From contig NC_042997.1 of NCBI RefSeq assembly GCF_006345805.1, positions 372,001 through 436,000 of the forward strand: a stretch of DNA of 64,000 bases, read 5' to 3'. The position numbers were made by a program, and so were the translations under genes. Of the stretch, positions 51,634-64,000 are shown one piece after another; the stretch's first letter is position 1; each line of letters begins with the position of its first letter. Source of the stretch: Octopus sinensis (lineage: Eukaryota). Below the pieces are notes generated by a model that saw only the letters and a program-made list of their open reading frames with translations, ran no database searches and was not told where the DNA came from.

Positions 51634-54037
51634 TATACAAGATTCCACTTCCCATTTACTTATACAGTAAATTTTTATTCTTTTCAATTGCATTCATTTA
51701 ACTTTCTTGCTGCGTTGTATTACAGCATTAATTCAGTACTTTTTATTTTAAATTCATTTTACTGTAAATGCTTTTTTACTCCGTTCTTACCCTTGCACAC
51801 ATCTATTTCTTCTACCACAACCCTCTTGCTGCATCTGCTTCTAGAAACTATTTCGACAGTCTTTCAAACATACAATTAGGTGTAATTGAAGCATTTCAAG
51901 ATTGACTCCTATTTGAATCTCTAGGGGAACCCAGCTAGAAGATCTGCTCCTTTCTGATATGTAGGCAACAGTTCAGGACTGAGAAGGCTCTATTTCCATT
52001 AAGTGAACTACTCTTACATCAATAATATATAAGGCATTCATTCCACAAATTTTTTAATGGAGCTAGTACTAGGGAAATGAATTAAAGTCAACGTGTTTCG
52101 GAAGTTTTTATTCTAGCCATAGCGTTTATCTTGTCTCCGTTTTTACGTTGTAACAAATCTGTGTTTTATCATTTTTCCGTGCATGGATCCATAGATTACA
52201 TAAGAGATAGAAAAGAGCAAAGTTTCTTGAAGACAAAAAGGAAAAAATAGAGCTCGTTCACCCTTAGAATTGCCAAATAGCCGGTATTATTCTTATGGCG
52301 TGCTACTAATTCTAGTCTTAGGTATCCTTCGTGTGTGAAAATAAAAAGTAAATAATAAAAAAAATGTAAAAGAGTCAAAAGGAAGTGTAAGTACGGTTAG
52401 TCGGCTTTTTAATCGCTACAGATGTTTCGATACATACAGATCCTCGTATATACAGGATTTAAAGTTTAAATTAAATTATTTAACGATTTACCTGTATAAG
52501 AAGATCTATATGTGTCTCCTCAGGTGATACTCAGTTGCTGTTTCCGTAAGCAAAATTTAGATTTCCATGCTACAACATCCATGGCTTCTTCTTTGGAAAC
52601 ATTTTATCTATGTATTTTATACTTTGCTGCAGTGCTTTATTTTTCCTTACATAATTTTTCGGTATAATAAGTGTGGCTGTTTATCTTGTGCTGCATTTCT
52701 TTTATAGAGTCAATAATATGAAACGCTTTGCATTTCGTTTTATTATTATTTTGATTTGAAAGAAAATGTGTTCAAAGTTTCTCCATAGATGAACTAAATC
52801 TAGCACTGTTGTATATGAAGCGAGAAAATTTCTTTAGAAAACGGTACAGCTAGAAGATTTTGGAACAGTTTTAGTATCCACCTAGTTTGTAGCGGATTAT
52901 ATATGCGTCTTCGGAAAGATTGTTGCATTGAGGTGGTAAGAAGTGGTAATCATCAGACTTTGGTGGTACTTATGTTAATTAATACACTTAAGATTGTAAA
53001 AAGGAATTGACAGATTTAAAATGTCAAATGCGAAAAAGCAGAAAACAGCACCAAACAAACAGATAAGGCAAATATAAGCTCCTCAAAAACAATAATGTAA
53101 TGTTTTTGTAGTGTAGGAAATTACGAAGAACGCTTGAATATAGGTCTGCTCAAAGAAGAAAAACATTTAAAGAAGCGTGGTACGAGGAACAAATTTGCTT
53201 GTTCATGCATGATTTGCTTTGGCAATAGATACAGGAAAGAGCAAGGATGCGGGTAACATAGCTTTGTATTGCTAAATGTGGAGGCATTTTAAATATGCCC
53301 TCATTGTACGAGGAACTAGCTGATGTGTGGAACGTTTAGTTACCATTGGACAAAGCCCATTATCTGTTAGTGTTTGACAGCTGTGAAAACCTAGGCTGTT
53401 TGTTGAAGATACCTTTTTCTCAATTGCGCATTGCTCAAAGCCTTCTCGATGGTAGTGACAGACGACCGCAAGCAAATCTGTGAGGATGAGTTGCATATCA
53501 GAGAGTCACAAATATACAACTATAGTAATTCATGAAACATTCATAAAAAAAATAGTTATTGTTAGAGATCGTAGTGGATAATTATGTTATCCTGAAAGTG
53601 CCCTGCATGAAGACCATGAACTACCGCACTTCAATTCAACTATCAAAAGGCTAACGAGCATAATTGTCCAAACTGTAAAAATAAATAGCAGCATAAAGAC
53701 AGAAAAATGCATTTAAACTGTGAACAGGGTGCTATTTTACTACACATTGAACAAAATATCACAATTCGTAGCAAAAATGAAACGATAACTGACTGAAATA
53801 CAAAACGAAGCGAAGATAAAAGGAAATGCAATGCGTTAGAAGACTCTAATTTTGTGGAATATTGAAATAACTGAGTGCTACTAGGGACATTCTTTTCCTG
53901 TTCGCCACCAAAGAACAATACAACTTCGTAGAAACTTTGTGAGTATCATGGGTATATATTGATGTATGTATATAAATATGCATATGTGTACATATGCATA
54001 TGTGCGTGTGTTTATGTGTGTATATATACACAGATAC

Positions 54038-54287
54038 ATACAGATCTATCTCTCGATATAAATGTATGTATGCATTATGCATGTATCTATTTATCTATCT
54101 GTCTCTCTTTTCTCTCTTTCTCTCTCTCTGTCTCTCTCACTCTCTCTCTCTCTCTATATATATATATAGAGAGAGAGAGACAGAGAGAGGAGGAGAGAGG
54201 GAGAAAGAGAGAAAAGAGAGAAAAGAGAGACAGATAGATAAATAGATACATGCATAATGCATACATACATTTGTATCGAGAGATAGA

Positions 54288-54294
<7 letters not shown>
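54038..54294. repeat. Fold-back inverted repeat centred on (TA)n
   Basis: The unique ~65-bp outer arms match except for one substitution; inner (CT)n/(GA)n tracts; centre (TA)n at 54155-54168. Confidence 0.9.
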
Positions 54295-54327
<33 letters not shown>

Positions 54328-55892
54328 TATGTATACAGACACAGGCGCAAATACCTTTGAGTGTGAGCATGTATGTATGGATCCCTATGTGTTCAATTAT
54401 ATTTGTGCATGTGTGTATATGAACTTAACCTATTGCAAGCTAAAGTGAAGTATATTTTATCAGTTTCCTTTTGAATTTTTTGTTTGTTTTGTGAAGCAGT
54501 CTTCGCAAGACTAGAGGTGAAGTACTTAGTTACATAACCCAATTATTAGTGTCCCCATAATTATAGGTAAAAATCGAAAGTTATAGCCCGGGAGGAGTAT
54601 CTGCAAATTTCTCATTAGTCCGCCATAACTATTTTCTTTCTTATATATTTACCATTATGTTAACGTATGTTACAAGCTATCATCACGTTATGTGCGGTTG
54701 CAGAAAATTGATTTGTACAACTTTGATGCTTCTTTTTCTCTGACCCAGGTCATTTCGCTTAGTCTGTTATGTCTACATTTTACACAGGTTTTTACAGAAA
54801 TATTCCACTAACGTAATTGTAACATCTTGTATTTTTGATATTAGGGACAATTACTTCTACAGATTGCAATATAGACTTTTTCATTTGGTTTCTTGCCACT
54901 ACGTCAGGCCTCATTTGTACAAAAATCGTAGTGACTTTTTTAACTTCTCATTATAATGTACGTGAGTTCTTGGGTTATTTCTACCGAATTTCCATTCTGG
55001 TGAAGGGAAGGGTTAATATATTTGATTACATTCGGTTCCTGAAAAGAAACCTTTTTCTCTGGTGTCCTTTTGCAAAAAAGCTGTGCAATATACATAGATA
55101 TGTATTCCGAGTCATTAAGAGTATATTTTCCGTTCTCTTTTTATCTCTCCTGTCTGCAGATTTCATCATTACATGCATTTCAACATTGTCGTTAGAAGAT
55201 GGTCCTGATACAGAACTATTTCCTGACATTCAAAGGCCGTTTAAATTACTGTTAAACAGCTACCTGATTCTTTTTCTTTTAGATAGAGGCACTCAATATT
55301 CCTATCGACATAGAGTTTAATACGTTCCTCAATTTAACATCTATAAACTGTATTACACCTAACGTCCAGTTGAATGATTCAGATATTGGAATGAGTATTG
55401 GTAACTGAGTTGCGCCTCACTGGTTTCTTGAATGGAGAGAGCTTTGAGTACTTTTCTTTTTGCTATAACTGAATGTAACCTGGTGAAGGCCTTTCCTCAA
55501 TCTTTTCGTAATCTTGCCATATGTTTTCAGGTCAGTCACAAAAGACTCATGTGTCTTGTCGGTGTTCCCATTTTCTTGTGGACCAAGTATGTATCATTTA
55601 GTCTCATCAAGAAATCCTATAAAAGCTATATTGCCTCCCTGAAATAAGCGGGTCATTATCCTGTCAGTGACAATAGGATCATTTACTGAATTTTATTGTA
55701 AGAAGGTGACCCGGGATGAAATCAGATTGTCTGTTTATATTTGTATATGTGTAGGCATGCACAAGTGTATAAGCAATTTATATTATTATTTTACTGCGAT
55801 TGCCTTTGTGTTAGCACAATACATTCACAACTTAATCACCAAATTATAATTTGTTAATTCGAATCCTCAAAAATATTTATCGCAGTATTATG

Positions 55893-55940
55893 ATGGTGAT
55901 GACGATGATGATGATGATGATAATGATGATGATGATGATT

Positions 55941-55987
<47 letters not shown>
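55893..55987. repeat. (GAT)n microsatellite
   Basis: Direct reading. Confidence 0.95.
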
Positions 55988-55988
<1 letters not shown>

Positions 55989-56550
55989 CCCTGATGCAGT
56001 ACCAGTCAGTGGCTCCCATAGCTTCTGGTCTTAACTGACTGGAAGTGTTATCATGTACGTTGTTTGTCTTGGTATACACGATGGGCTACAGCAAATATTC
56101 TGCTCAATATAACAGGTTTAGTTGTCATTTGTTTGACCTTAAACAGTTGAACATTTCTCTTCGTGTTTGTCGATATGTGCATCTCTGATCATGAGGAGAA
56201 ATAGTGGGGGAGCATCATAGACATGTGTTGAGAGGAATGTTTGGTGTTTGGATAATTCACCTTTCGAAATATGAGTGTTTCTTTCGACATCCTTAAACAA
56301 CCCTTATTCAGGGACCTTTTGAGCGTGATGAGCTACTAGACTTGAAGAAAAGTCTAACTACGACCCCACCTACGAGGTTATGTGCTGTTTATCATTATAT
56401 GAGATCATCATGTCGCGCGCATATATGAACTACCTCACTTCAATTGCATGTTCCTGGTGTACCATTATTAGACGGTAGTCATGATGGGTAAACTGGGCTT
56501 CGTATATTTTATCCCGGTGTCGCTTTTATGGCACGCACTACTCTCTCACT
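55988..56550 (-). mobile_element. Probable retroposon fragment bounded by (GAT)n and (AAT)n
   Basis: Higher-complexity block with sharp microsatellite boundaries at both ends; family not identified. Confidence 0.35.
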
Positions 56551-57239
56551 CAATAATAATAATTATTATTATCCAACTACTACTAATACAAAGAAAAAGA
56601 TTCGAAAGCCGATTAAGGTGTTTTTTTCACTTTTCCAATGTACAGATAAACAGCTGAATTAGCCCTGCTAGTACTGTATTGGTTACGAATGTGTGCTATT
56701 TTTGTGTCAGTGGAAACGTATAAAAACTAGTAAAACAAATTAGTCGGTTTTTCTATATAGTAAGTTTTCTCTACCAGATCCACCACCACTTCGATACATT
56801 GGACGTATAAGTATCAACAGCTACTGCTTCTTCTGTCACACATATGACCTTATATTGACTATACTAACCTTCTGACAGATACTGTTCCATCAAACTGGCA
56901 AACAAAAACAAAAAGGATATGTTTGTAATTTTAATCTCTCATATACTATCTATCATCTCTATAGTTTTATTCTGTCCTGTGAACTCCTACCGAACCTACT
57001 TATAGATCGCAATGATACCTCCAAGATACGCAACTCATAACAAAATAGTAATGCAACAGGTAAGGTAAATATAATCCTGCCAACGAAATAAAATATAAGG
57101 ACATCATCGTTCTTTGAGAACTTAGTATTCAAACTGAACGAACTATTCTGGCTGAGAGACCACATATTGTGTTGAAAAATCACAGTGAAAAAACAAGTTT
57201 TTTCATACATATGTTAATACCATGTGATTGAAAATTCCC

Positions 57240-57480
57240 TAGGAAAATGTCTGAGACGTTAATCTACTACAAAGACCTTGAAATAGAGGTTTTATTTATG
57301 TAGCGTCTAAGAGCGGCGTTTGTACCTGTGGTCATCGACTCTCCGGAGATAATACCAAATGTCACTCTTAAATATCATGTGGTCAAATTGCAGCCCACAT
57401 GGTAAGAAAAAGAGTGTAAGGTAAAGAATATCTGAATCCTTATAAATGTTTTAAAATTCCACATATTACTACAGACTTTA
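57240..57480 (+). mobile_element. Dong/R4 RLE 3' fragment
   Basis: YYKDLEIEVLFM*RLRAAFVPVVID matches KYKDLEIEISKMWNLKTKTIPVVIG. Confidence 0.6.
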
Positions 57481-57744
57481 ACAAAATTCTAATTTTCAGT
57501 GCTTGGACTCATTTCTATGTTCGTCTATATAATTATGTCAGGATCATTGCAATTCAGAAATAAAATTGACAGTGAAACATTAGTGCTCAAATGACTTAAA
57601 AGTTAAACTCGGTGGGATTTTAACCCAGAACGTACACATACATATATACATATATTTACATACATATATATAAACACACACACATATATATATACACACG
57701 CACACACACACATATGCACACACGCGCACACACACACACCCAAT

Positions 57745-57786
<42 letters not shown>

Positions 57787-57790
57787 CACG

Positions 57791-57837
<47 letters not shown>

Positions 57838-58410
57838 AAAGAGTCAAAGTAGAAAATGCTAAAATAATTTTATAGAAATACATTTCCGTACCGGTTTCAG
57901 TCATTGAAACTTTTCAACTGTAAGCGTGGAAGACAATTAAATTTTGGAAAAAATTGAAGAAACCCTTTTTAAAAGGATATTTGCATAGTATTCAAATGCA
58001 AGGGGCATTTTCCTTGTATCTGCCTATCTTTGTCTATCTTGTTTACTCTTGTGCGTTCGAGGTCGTTATGAATTCTTGGCAGGGAAGAAGAAGAAGAAGA
58101 AGAAGAGAAGAAGAAGAAGAAGAAGAAGAGGGAAGTGGAGAAGAAGAATGCGGGAGTGCCGTGATAGCAGTAGGATGTTAAAGAGTCAAGATATATTACA
58201 CTTACTCTCTCGGTTTTTCCTTCCCTCGGTGTCTCTCTCGTGACATATATATATAGGTGTGTGTGTGTGTGTGTGTTTGTGTGTGCATGTATGTGTGCGC
58301 GTGTACGGTTTAAGACAATTTTTTTTATTATTATCGAACCGAGAATTTAGCTACAGTCCTTCCATAGCACTTACATAGCCTTACCTCTCACCTTGGGTCT
58401 TCTGAATACT

Positions 58411-58678
<268 letters not shown>

Positions 58679-59189
58679 TATACGTGCGTGGTTACTTTAG
58701 TGTGGTGTAAGCCTGAATGTGAGCGTTTATATACAAATACAATATTGAATATAATATAAAACAGAAAAGAAATTTGTTTTACAGACACAGACAAAACTTG
58801 ATCACGATATTCTTGTAAGCTCTTTTTTCTTCATTAAATAATATAAATTCGCCGTAACTTTCGCAAGAATAAAAATAAAGCAATAATCAAAAGTTTTGAC
58901 AATGTTAGTATTTTTGTGTTGTGATATTAATTGCTGCTATATTATTTAGAAAGAAAACATTATAGATGATATATGATACACATAACATGACCTCTACGTA
59001 GACTTTTAAGTTGTTTTTGTACTTCTGTTGGTATATCTAACAATTCGTGCTGTCATGTGTTCTCGGAAAATACACTGAATTCTGAACATTCAAACAAAAT
59101 ATACTTTTGTTCTGTTTTCTAGCTGACTGTAAATTGGAAATGTGGTGATTTTCATGTTTATTGTTGAAGGTGAATCTATATATACTGAT

Positions 59190-59430
59190 GTGTTATTTTG
59201 TGTGGTAAGGACAATAATCTAGGGAATATTTTTTGCCTTTCACGAGATGCGAGCTGTTCCAATCAGGGTTATTTGTGGGCAGTGAGTAGTGGTGCGAGCC
59301 ATATTTTCATATTTGGAATGATGCCTCATCGTTCAGTTACTATTGGTATTATTTTTACCTTCTTGTCCTACACCTTAAGTATTTCAATTTCAAGGTCCTC
59401 GTATTTCCATAGATTTTTCTTTTTTTAAAT
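59190..59430 (-). mobile_element. Dong/R4 RLE 3' fragment
   Basis: WKYEDLEIEILKV*DKKVKIIPIV...QITLIGTARI. Confidence 0.7.
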
Positions 59431-60539
59431 TTCTTTTAAGGAAAATTATCAGAAAATAATCGAACTTTAATGATCAGCGTTTTTTATTGTAAGATTTTAG
59501 TTGTTGTTAGTATATTGATTCCTTTGACACAGGTAAATGAAGAGGTCCGTGTTACATTCATAAGCCTGTTGCTAATAACAATTATGAAACGGATACTGTT
59601 TATGCAGTGAAACACTTTCGAAGAACTGATGACAGGCAATTCTTCCATGGCGAAATTTTATCACCAGTTTTATACAATTATTTGCGGAGGTAATTTTTTC
59701 TGATATTCACAAATATGATATACCGCCCGACTATTCTCATGTGCGGTTAGCACTAATTAATATTTTAGTAGTTCCTATTTACATTTGCTACAATATATCA
59801 TGCACAGTTTTCGTGCCATTGCCTTCAATACAACGTAATATCTATGATGAGATACTAATTAATCTATGTTTCGACTACCAGTCCGTCGCCCTGACAATCA
59901 GCTTACTGTCTTTCATTTAGATTTCCACACGATTGTTCGGTTTGCTCTACATTTCCAACGAATCTATCAAACATTGGTTTCAAATTTTGGAATAAGGTCA
60001 TCAATTTCGGGGGAGGGGGCTAGTCGATTACATCGACCCCAGTACTCGAGTGGTACAAATGTTATCGACTCCGAGTAGACGAAAGGCAAATCGACCTTGG
60101 GGAATTTGCTCCCAGAATGTAAATATAAATTACAGCTTGCGTTTTATGCTTCCCTAAATCCATATACAATGAACAGGCCATACTGACTATTCTATATTTT
60201 AGTAATGATGCTGTTTCCCAGTTTTGAATTTTGAAAAAGTGTATTTTAACATATTGCTTAGCGCATTGACATGAAGAGAAGCAGCTATTTGAAATTTTGT
60301 ACTACCAATGAAGTGTTTCAAACTTAGGTCAATATACGATAGTAACTGTCAAACAGTGTGTGGTCAAACAGAGGTGAGATAGGTTAAATTAAGTGTTTTT
60401 GAGAGATGTAAAACAATGACCTATATTAGACACAAAAATATGGTAACGATTGACTACTCAATTCTAATCTGGCATCACTAACAACAGTGTTACTAGTCCA
60501 AAATCTGTATAAATTACACATGTTGATTATTCTTTCTGT

Positions 60540-60765
60540 TATTCTTTTACTTGTTTCAGTCATTTGACTGCGGCCATTCTGGAGTACAGCCTTAAAGGTT
60601 TTTTAGTGGAAGAAATCGACTCCATTTTTTGTAAGTCTAGAACGTATTTTACAGGTCTCTTTTGCTGAACCGCTAAGTTACAAGGTCGTAAAGACACGAA
60701 CGCCAGTTGTCAAGCGGTGATGGGGGTGATGTGGGGGAACAAACAAACACAAAGACACACACATA
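60540..60765 (-). mobile_element. SINE tail/body (family of 1890-2352)
   Basis: ttttacttgtttcagtcatttgactgcggcc...gaaccgctaagttac...gttgtcaagcggtg. Confidence 0.8.
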
Positions 60766-62585
60766 AACATATACATATATAAGTTAAAATAATGTATATA
60801 TATACTTATAAATATCTTCTGTACCCATCATTCGTGTGGTTTTATGAGGTGTGTATAGATAGGAAAGATAGCAGCGAATCTAATATTTTACAGTCTTCAC
60901 TTATAAGCGGGAACTCTTCTACATGGTTTCTCAATTCGCTAGAAAACGTAGCAACAGTTCTTCAAATCACATACTATTTTTCTCTTTAAAAAAAAGAGAC
61001 ACATTGGACGGTATGATACTGGGCACATAATGCGTGAAAGTATTGAAAGGTCATCACTGAAATGCCTTTGATTTAATTTCTCTTAATCAAAGCGGGCGTA
61101 AACATCAGCAGAGATCTAGTGAGAGACCAAGCTGTTGACACTTCCATGACTTTGCTATGGGCAAAGCCTAGCAGATATGATAGGAAACAATGTGTGTTGC
61201 GGAATGTCTACTTGCATGCAGTTACGTTTGCATGTTTTAAAGGCATTTAGATTTAATGCAAACAGTTGAGGGACACTTCAAGAAAAGAATGTTTGAAAAA
61301 GTGAAATAAGACAAAAATGGGAGAATAAAACGCAAATACATACAGAGAGATATACATAAGTACATTTACATAAAAAGAGAATAAATACACACATACATAC
61401 ATACATAAATACATATATACATTGCGAAGAGAATTTCACTGATAAATTATGGAAAACTTCCTTGCAATGTTTCGGTTTCTAGGATCAATAATGATATATA
61501 CACAGACAATAAAACCCTTGCCTTCAGTGTAAGACTGTTCGTCTATAGAACTTAATGACTGTATGAAGCATAAAATCTCCAATTTTTGTAAACACTGAAG
61601 TCAAAATAGCTCATATTAAGTTGTTATGTTGTTTTTTACGTCCTGTTTAGGGAACAATTACATCTAGCACTTATATGATAATGGAGAAATAAACTCGATT
61701 TTCTTCCTCTTAATTCAGAATAGACTAAAATTCTGTAACATTGAGGGGGAAAAGATTTAAGTCCCCAAGGTAGTTTATGTGCTTAAATTATAAAGGATAA
61801 ATTCATTATTTCCTCTAGATTGTGTTACTAGCATGATGAAAACGAAATCAGTTCAGGAAACTAACTGAAGTGGATCTACCGTGTGAATACAGATAAATAA
61901 GTTGGGGGTTCATGAACTGAACGACGTATGCAAACAAATTTCAATTAATTGAACATAACCTTTAAATTTTGTGAGTTAAATTCATAACTTCATGAATTTA
62001 CCATCCTGCTTTTTACAAACCACTAGCAATTTGCTCTATTTTAAGGAATGTTTCTACATCAATTAATTTATGCATACGACATTTATTATTTCCTCGTAAC
62101 AAATCAGTTTTGATTTACGCGATTTCCACGAATGAACTGCGTTAATTCCCCAAGATTATATTCGTTATATTTTAAATTATGCAAATTACTACGGGTGTAA
62201 ACTCTTCGCGATGCTTTAACTACATTTAAAATCTTTAACCGATGGATCAAAGTAGGCTTGATTAGAATATGCTCAGCTATTGAGATTCAATAAAACAACA
62301 TCCTGTTAGATGTTCTATGATTTGCTGTCAAACATCAAGTTTTCATCGTAAGCCTATAGATACATTTGTTAAAATCTCTTCCTCTTTTATTTAATAGTCT
62401 CTAAAATTTACCTGTAGTATGCTTTCTTTCTTCAGGCAAAAGGGAAATTAAATTTGACTTTAATATACACCTGTATAAAGAACTCTACATACAGCCGCCA
62501 TTTCCATTTATTTTCAGGGAATCTGAAATCTATTTCAATTATGCCACCCACAGGTTTAGCCTGCATCTGGTTTCATATGGCCTTG

Positions 62586-62587
<2 letters not shown>

Positions 62588-62682
<95 letters not shown>
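62588..62682. repeat. (CTA)n microsatellite
   Basis: Direct reading. Confidence 0.95.
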
Positions 62683-63379
62683 GGTAATAATAACGATTTC
62701 TCTCATTAGTCACAAGGAATGGAATGTAGAAATGCGAAACAAAGGAAATAAGGTATTTAGCAATTTACATTGATATACAGAGTAAATTCAATAACAACAA
62801 TGCGACATTATTTCTGTTGCTGCTTTGGAGATAAATTATGATAAATACATACATTATTAGAGGGGAAAAATTGATTTCAAGTTTCTGGGAGTTAAGCTGA
62901 AGCGGCGGTAATATGAAATCATTACAGTAGTCTATAATTCAATGCTACTACATGCAGTTAATGTGATATAGACAATTTTCATGCAACAATTGATTAAAAA
63001 GTACTATAGATGTCACAACTAAGTTGTGAAATTAATAAGTTGCTTCGCAACCACAGGGTTTTGGAGCTGAATCATACATGGCTCTTCGAGTAAATATCTT
63101 CTGTCATGCATCAGGTTGATCAAATATATATGAGTGAATTTCGGTAGATGGAAAAATTGGAGAAGCTGTCAAAACCATCAGTTCTATTTTTATTGGTATG
63201 ACTTAATCCGTTGGTCGATTTACAACCCACACCTGTCTCAATATATCTTAAGTGGATCCTAAACTTTTGAAAGTATTTTGGATCATTTCTACGAAAACTA
63301 TTTTCCGTTTCTTTCACTTTTTTTAATCGCTGGAATGAAGCTTATTGGTGGCACTTTGCGTCCTCTAAGTCATAAACTA

Positions 63380-63655
63380 CACACACACTTCACATAGCTC
63401 GAATGTAAAAGCATATTGGCGGAACTTGATGCTGCTTCCCTCCTCAACTTTCTCTGTCATTGACAATGCCATGATCACATGCTACGAACCATCATTCCAG
63501 GCACTGCTGTAAATAGCGGCAGTGAGCTAGAACATCAACACTTAATGCACATGCACAGCTGAGTTCACGGTCAATTTGTGTCAAACGGCTTTACTTGCGT
63601 GTTTAACCTTTTTACTATGGCAACAGTCAGGATACTTTTTTAACATACCACTATA
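63380..63655 (-). mobile_element. mariner 5' end fragment related to 50949-51633
   Basis: Shares caactttctctgtcat..gatcacatg..ctgctgtaaa.agcgg.agtgagctagaac..ggatactt with the 51420-51633 segment. Confidence 0.7.
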
Positions 63656-63733
63656 CAGACAAACACAGATATATGTATACACATATGCATATATGTTCTT
63701 TTGAATACAATCAATAAATTTTGGCACACGTAT

Positions 63734-63805
<72 letters not shown>

Positions 63806-63808
<3 letters not shown>

Positions 63809-64000
63809 GAGGCGCAATGGCCCAGCGGTTAGGGCAGCGGACTCGCGGTCATAGGATCGCGGTTTCGATTCCCAGACCGGGCGTTGTGAGTGTTTATTGA
63901 GCGAAAACACCTAAAGCTCCACGAGGCTCCGGCAGGGGATGGTGGTGATCCCTGCTGTACTCTTTCACCAGAACTTTCTCTCCCTCTTACTTCCTGTTTC
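63806..64000 (+). mobile_element. tRNA(Arg)-like SINE, runs off the window end
   Basis: A-box TGGCCCAGCGG and B-box GGTTTCGATTCC; continues into a body homologous to 41937-42325. Confidence 0.9.

Noticed and set aside
57885-57925. HHR-like relic on the minus strand (GAAACCGGTA with palindromic ACCGGT)
   Set aside because: The core is non-canonical and helix I does not pair; at most a decayed relic.
59620-59670. CTGATGA...CGAAA spacing suggestive of a hammerhead
   Set aside because: Helices I, II and III cannot be formed.
63806-63880. tRNA-Arg gene
   Set aside because: The cloverleaf is imperfect and runs directly into a SINE body shared with 41937-42325; it is a SINE head.

Overview
Repeat-dense, AT-rich animal genomic DNA with no host protein-coding exon that I can support. 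The SINE families and the heavy (TA)n/(CA)n/trinucleotide load strongly resemble an octopus (coleoid cephalopod) genome; this is an inference. The window holds decayed mobile elements: a near-full-length Dong/R4-type RLE LINE plus four more R4 fragments, Tx1, RTE and CR1-like LINE fragments, Penelope-like (PLE) remnants, Tc1/mariner elements including a DD41D one, a Chapaev3 transposon with both TIRs and a TTA TSD, and many tRNA-derived SINEs. The most interesting signal is RNA-level. Four unrelated non-coding repeat units, each embedded in (TA)n, carry minimal type I hammerhead ribozyme (HHR) folds with palindromic helix III. They are a 464-bp-period unit at 12.7-13.3 kb, a ~557-bp tandem and inverted array at 25.35-28.38 kb with five HHR copies, a variant at 28.5 kb, and a fold-back element at 28.9-29.2 kb whose two arms reconstruct a G3:C8-swapped core. 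These fit PLE pLTR or non-LTR retrozyme biology. Fold-back (inverted) duplications also recur at several scales; some may be long-read assembly artefacts. All folds were derived by eye and none is tested.
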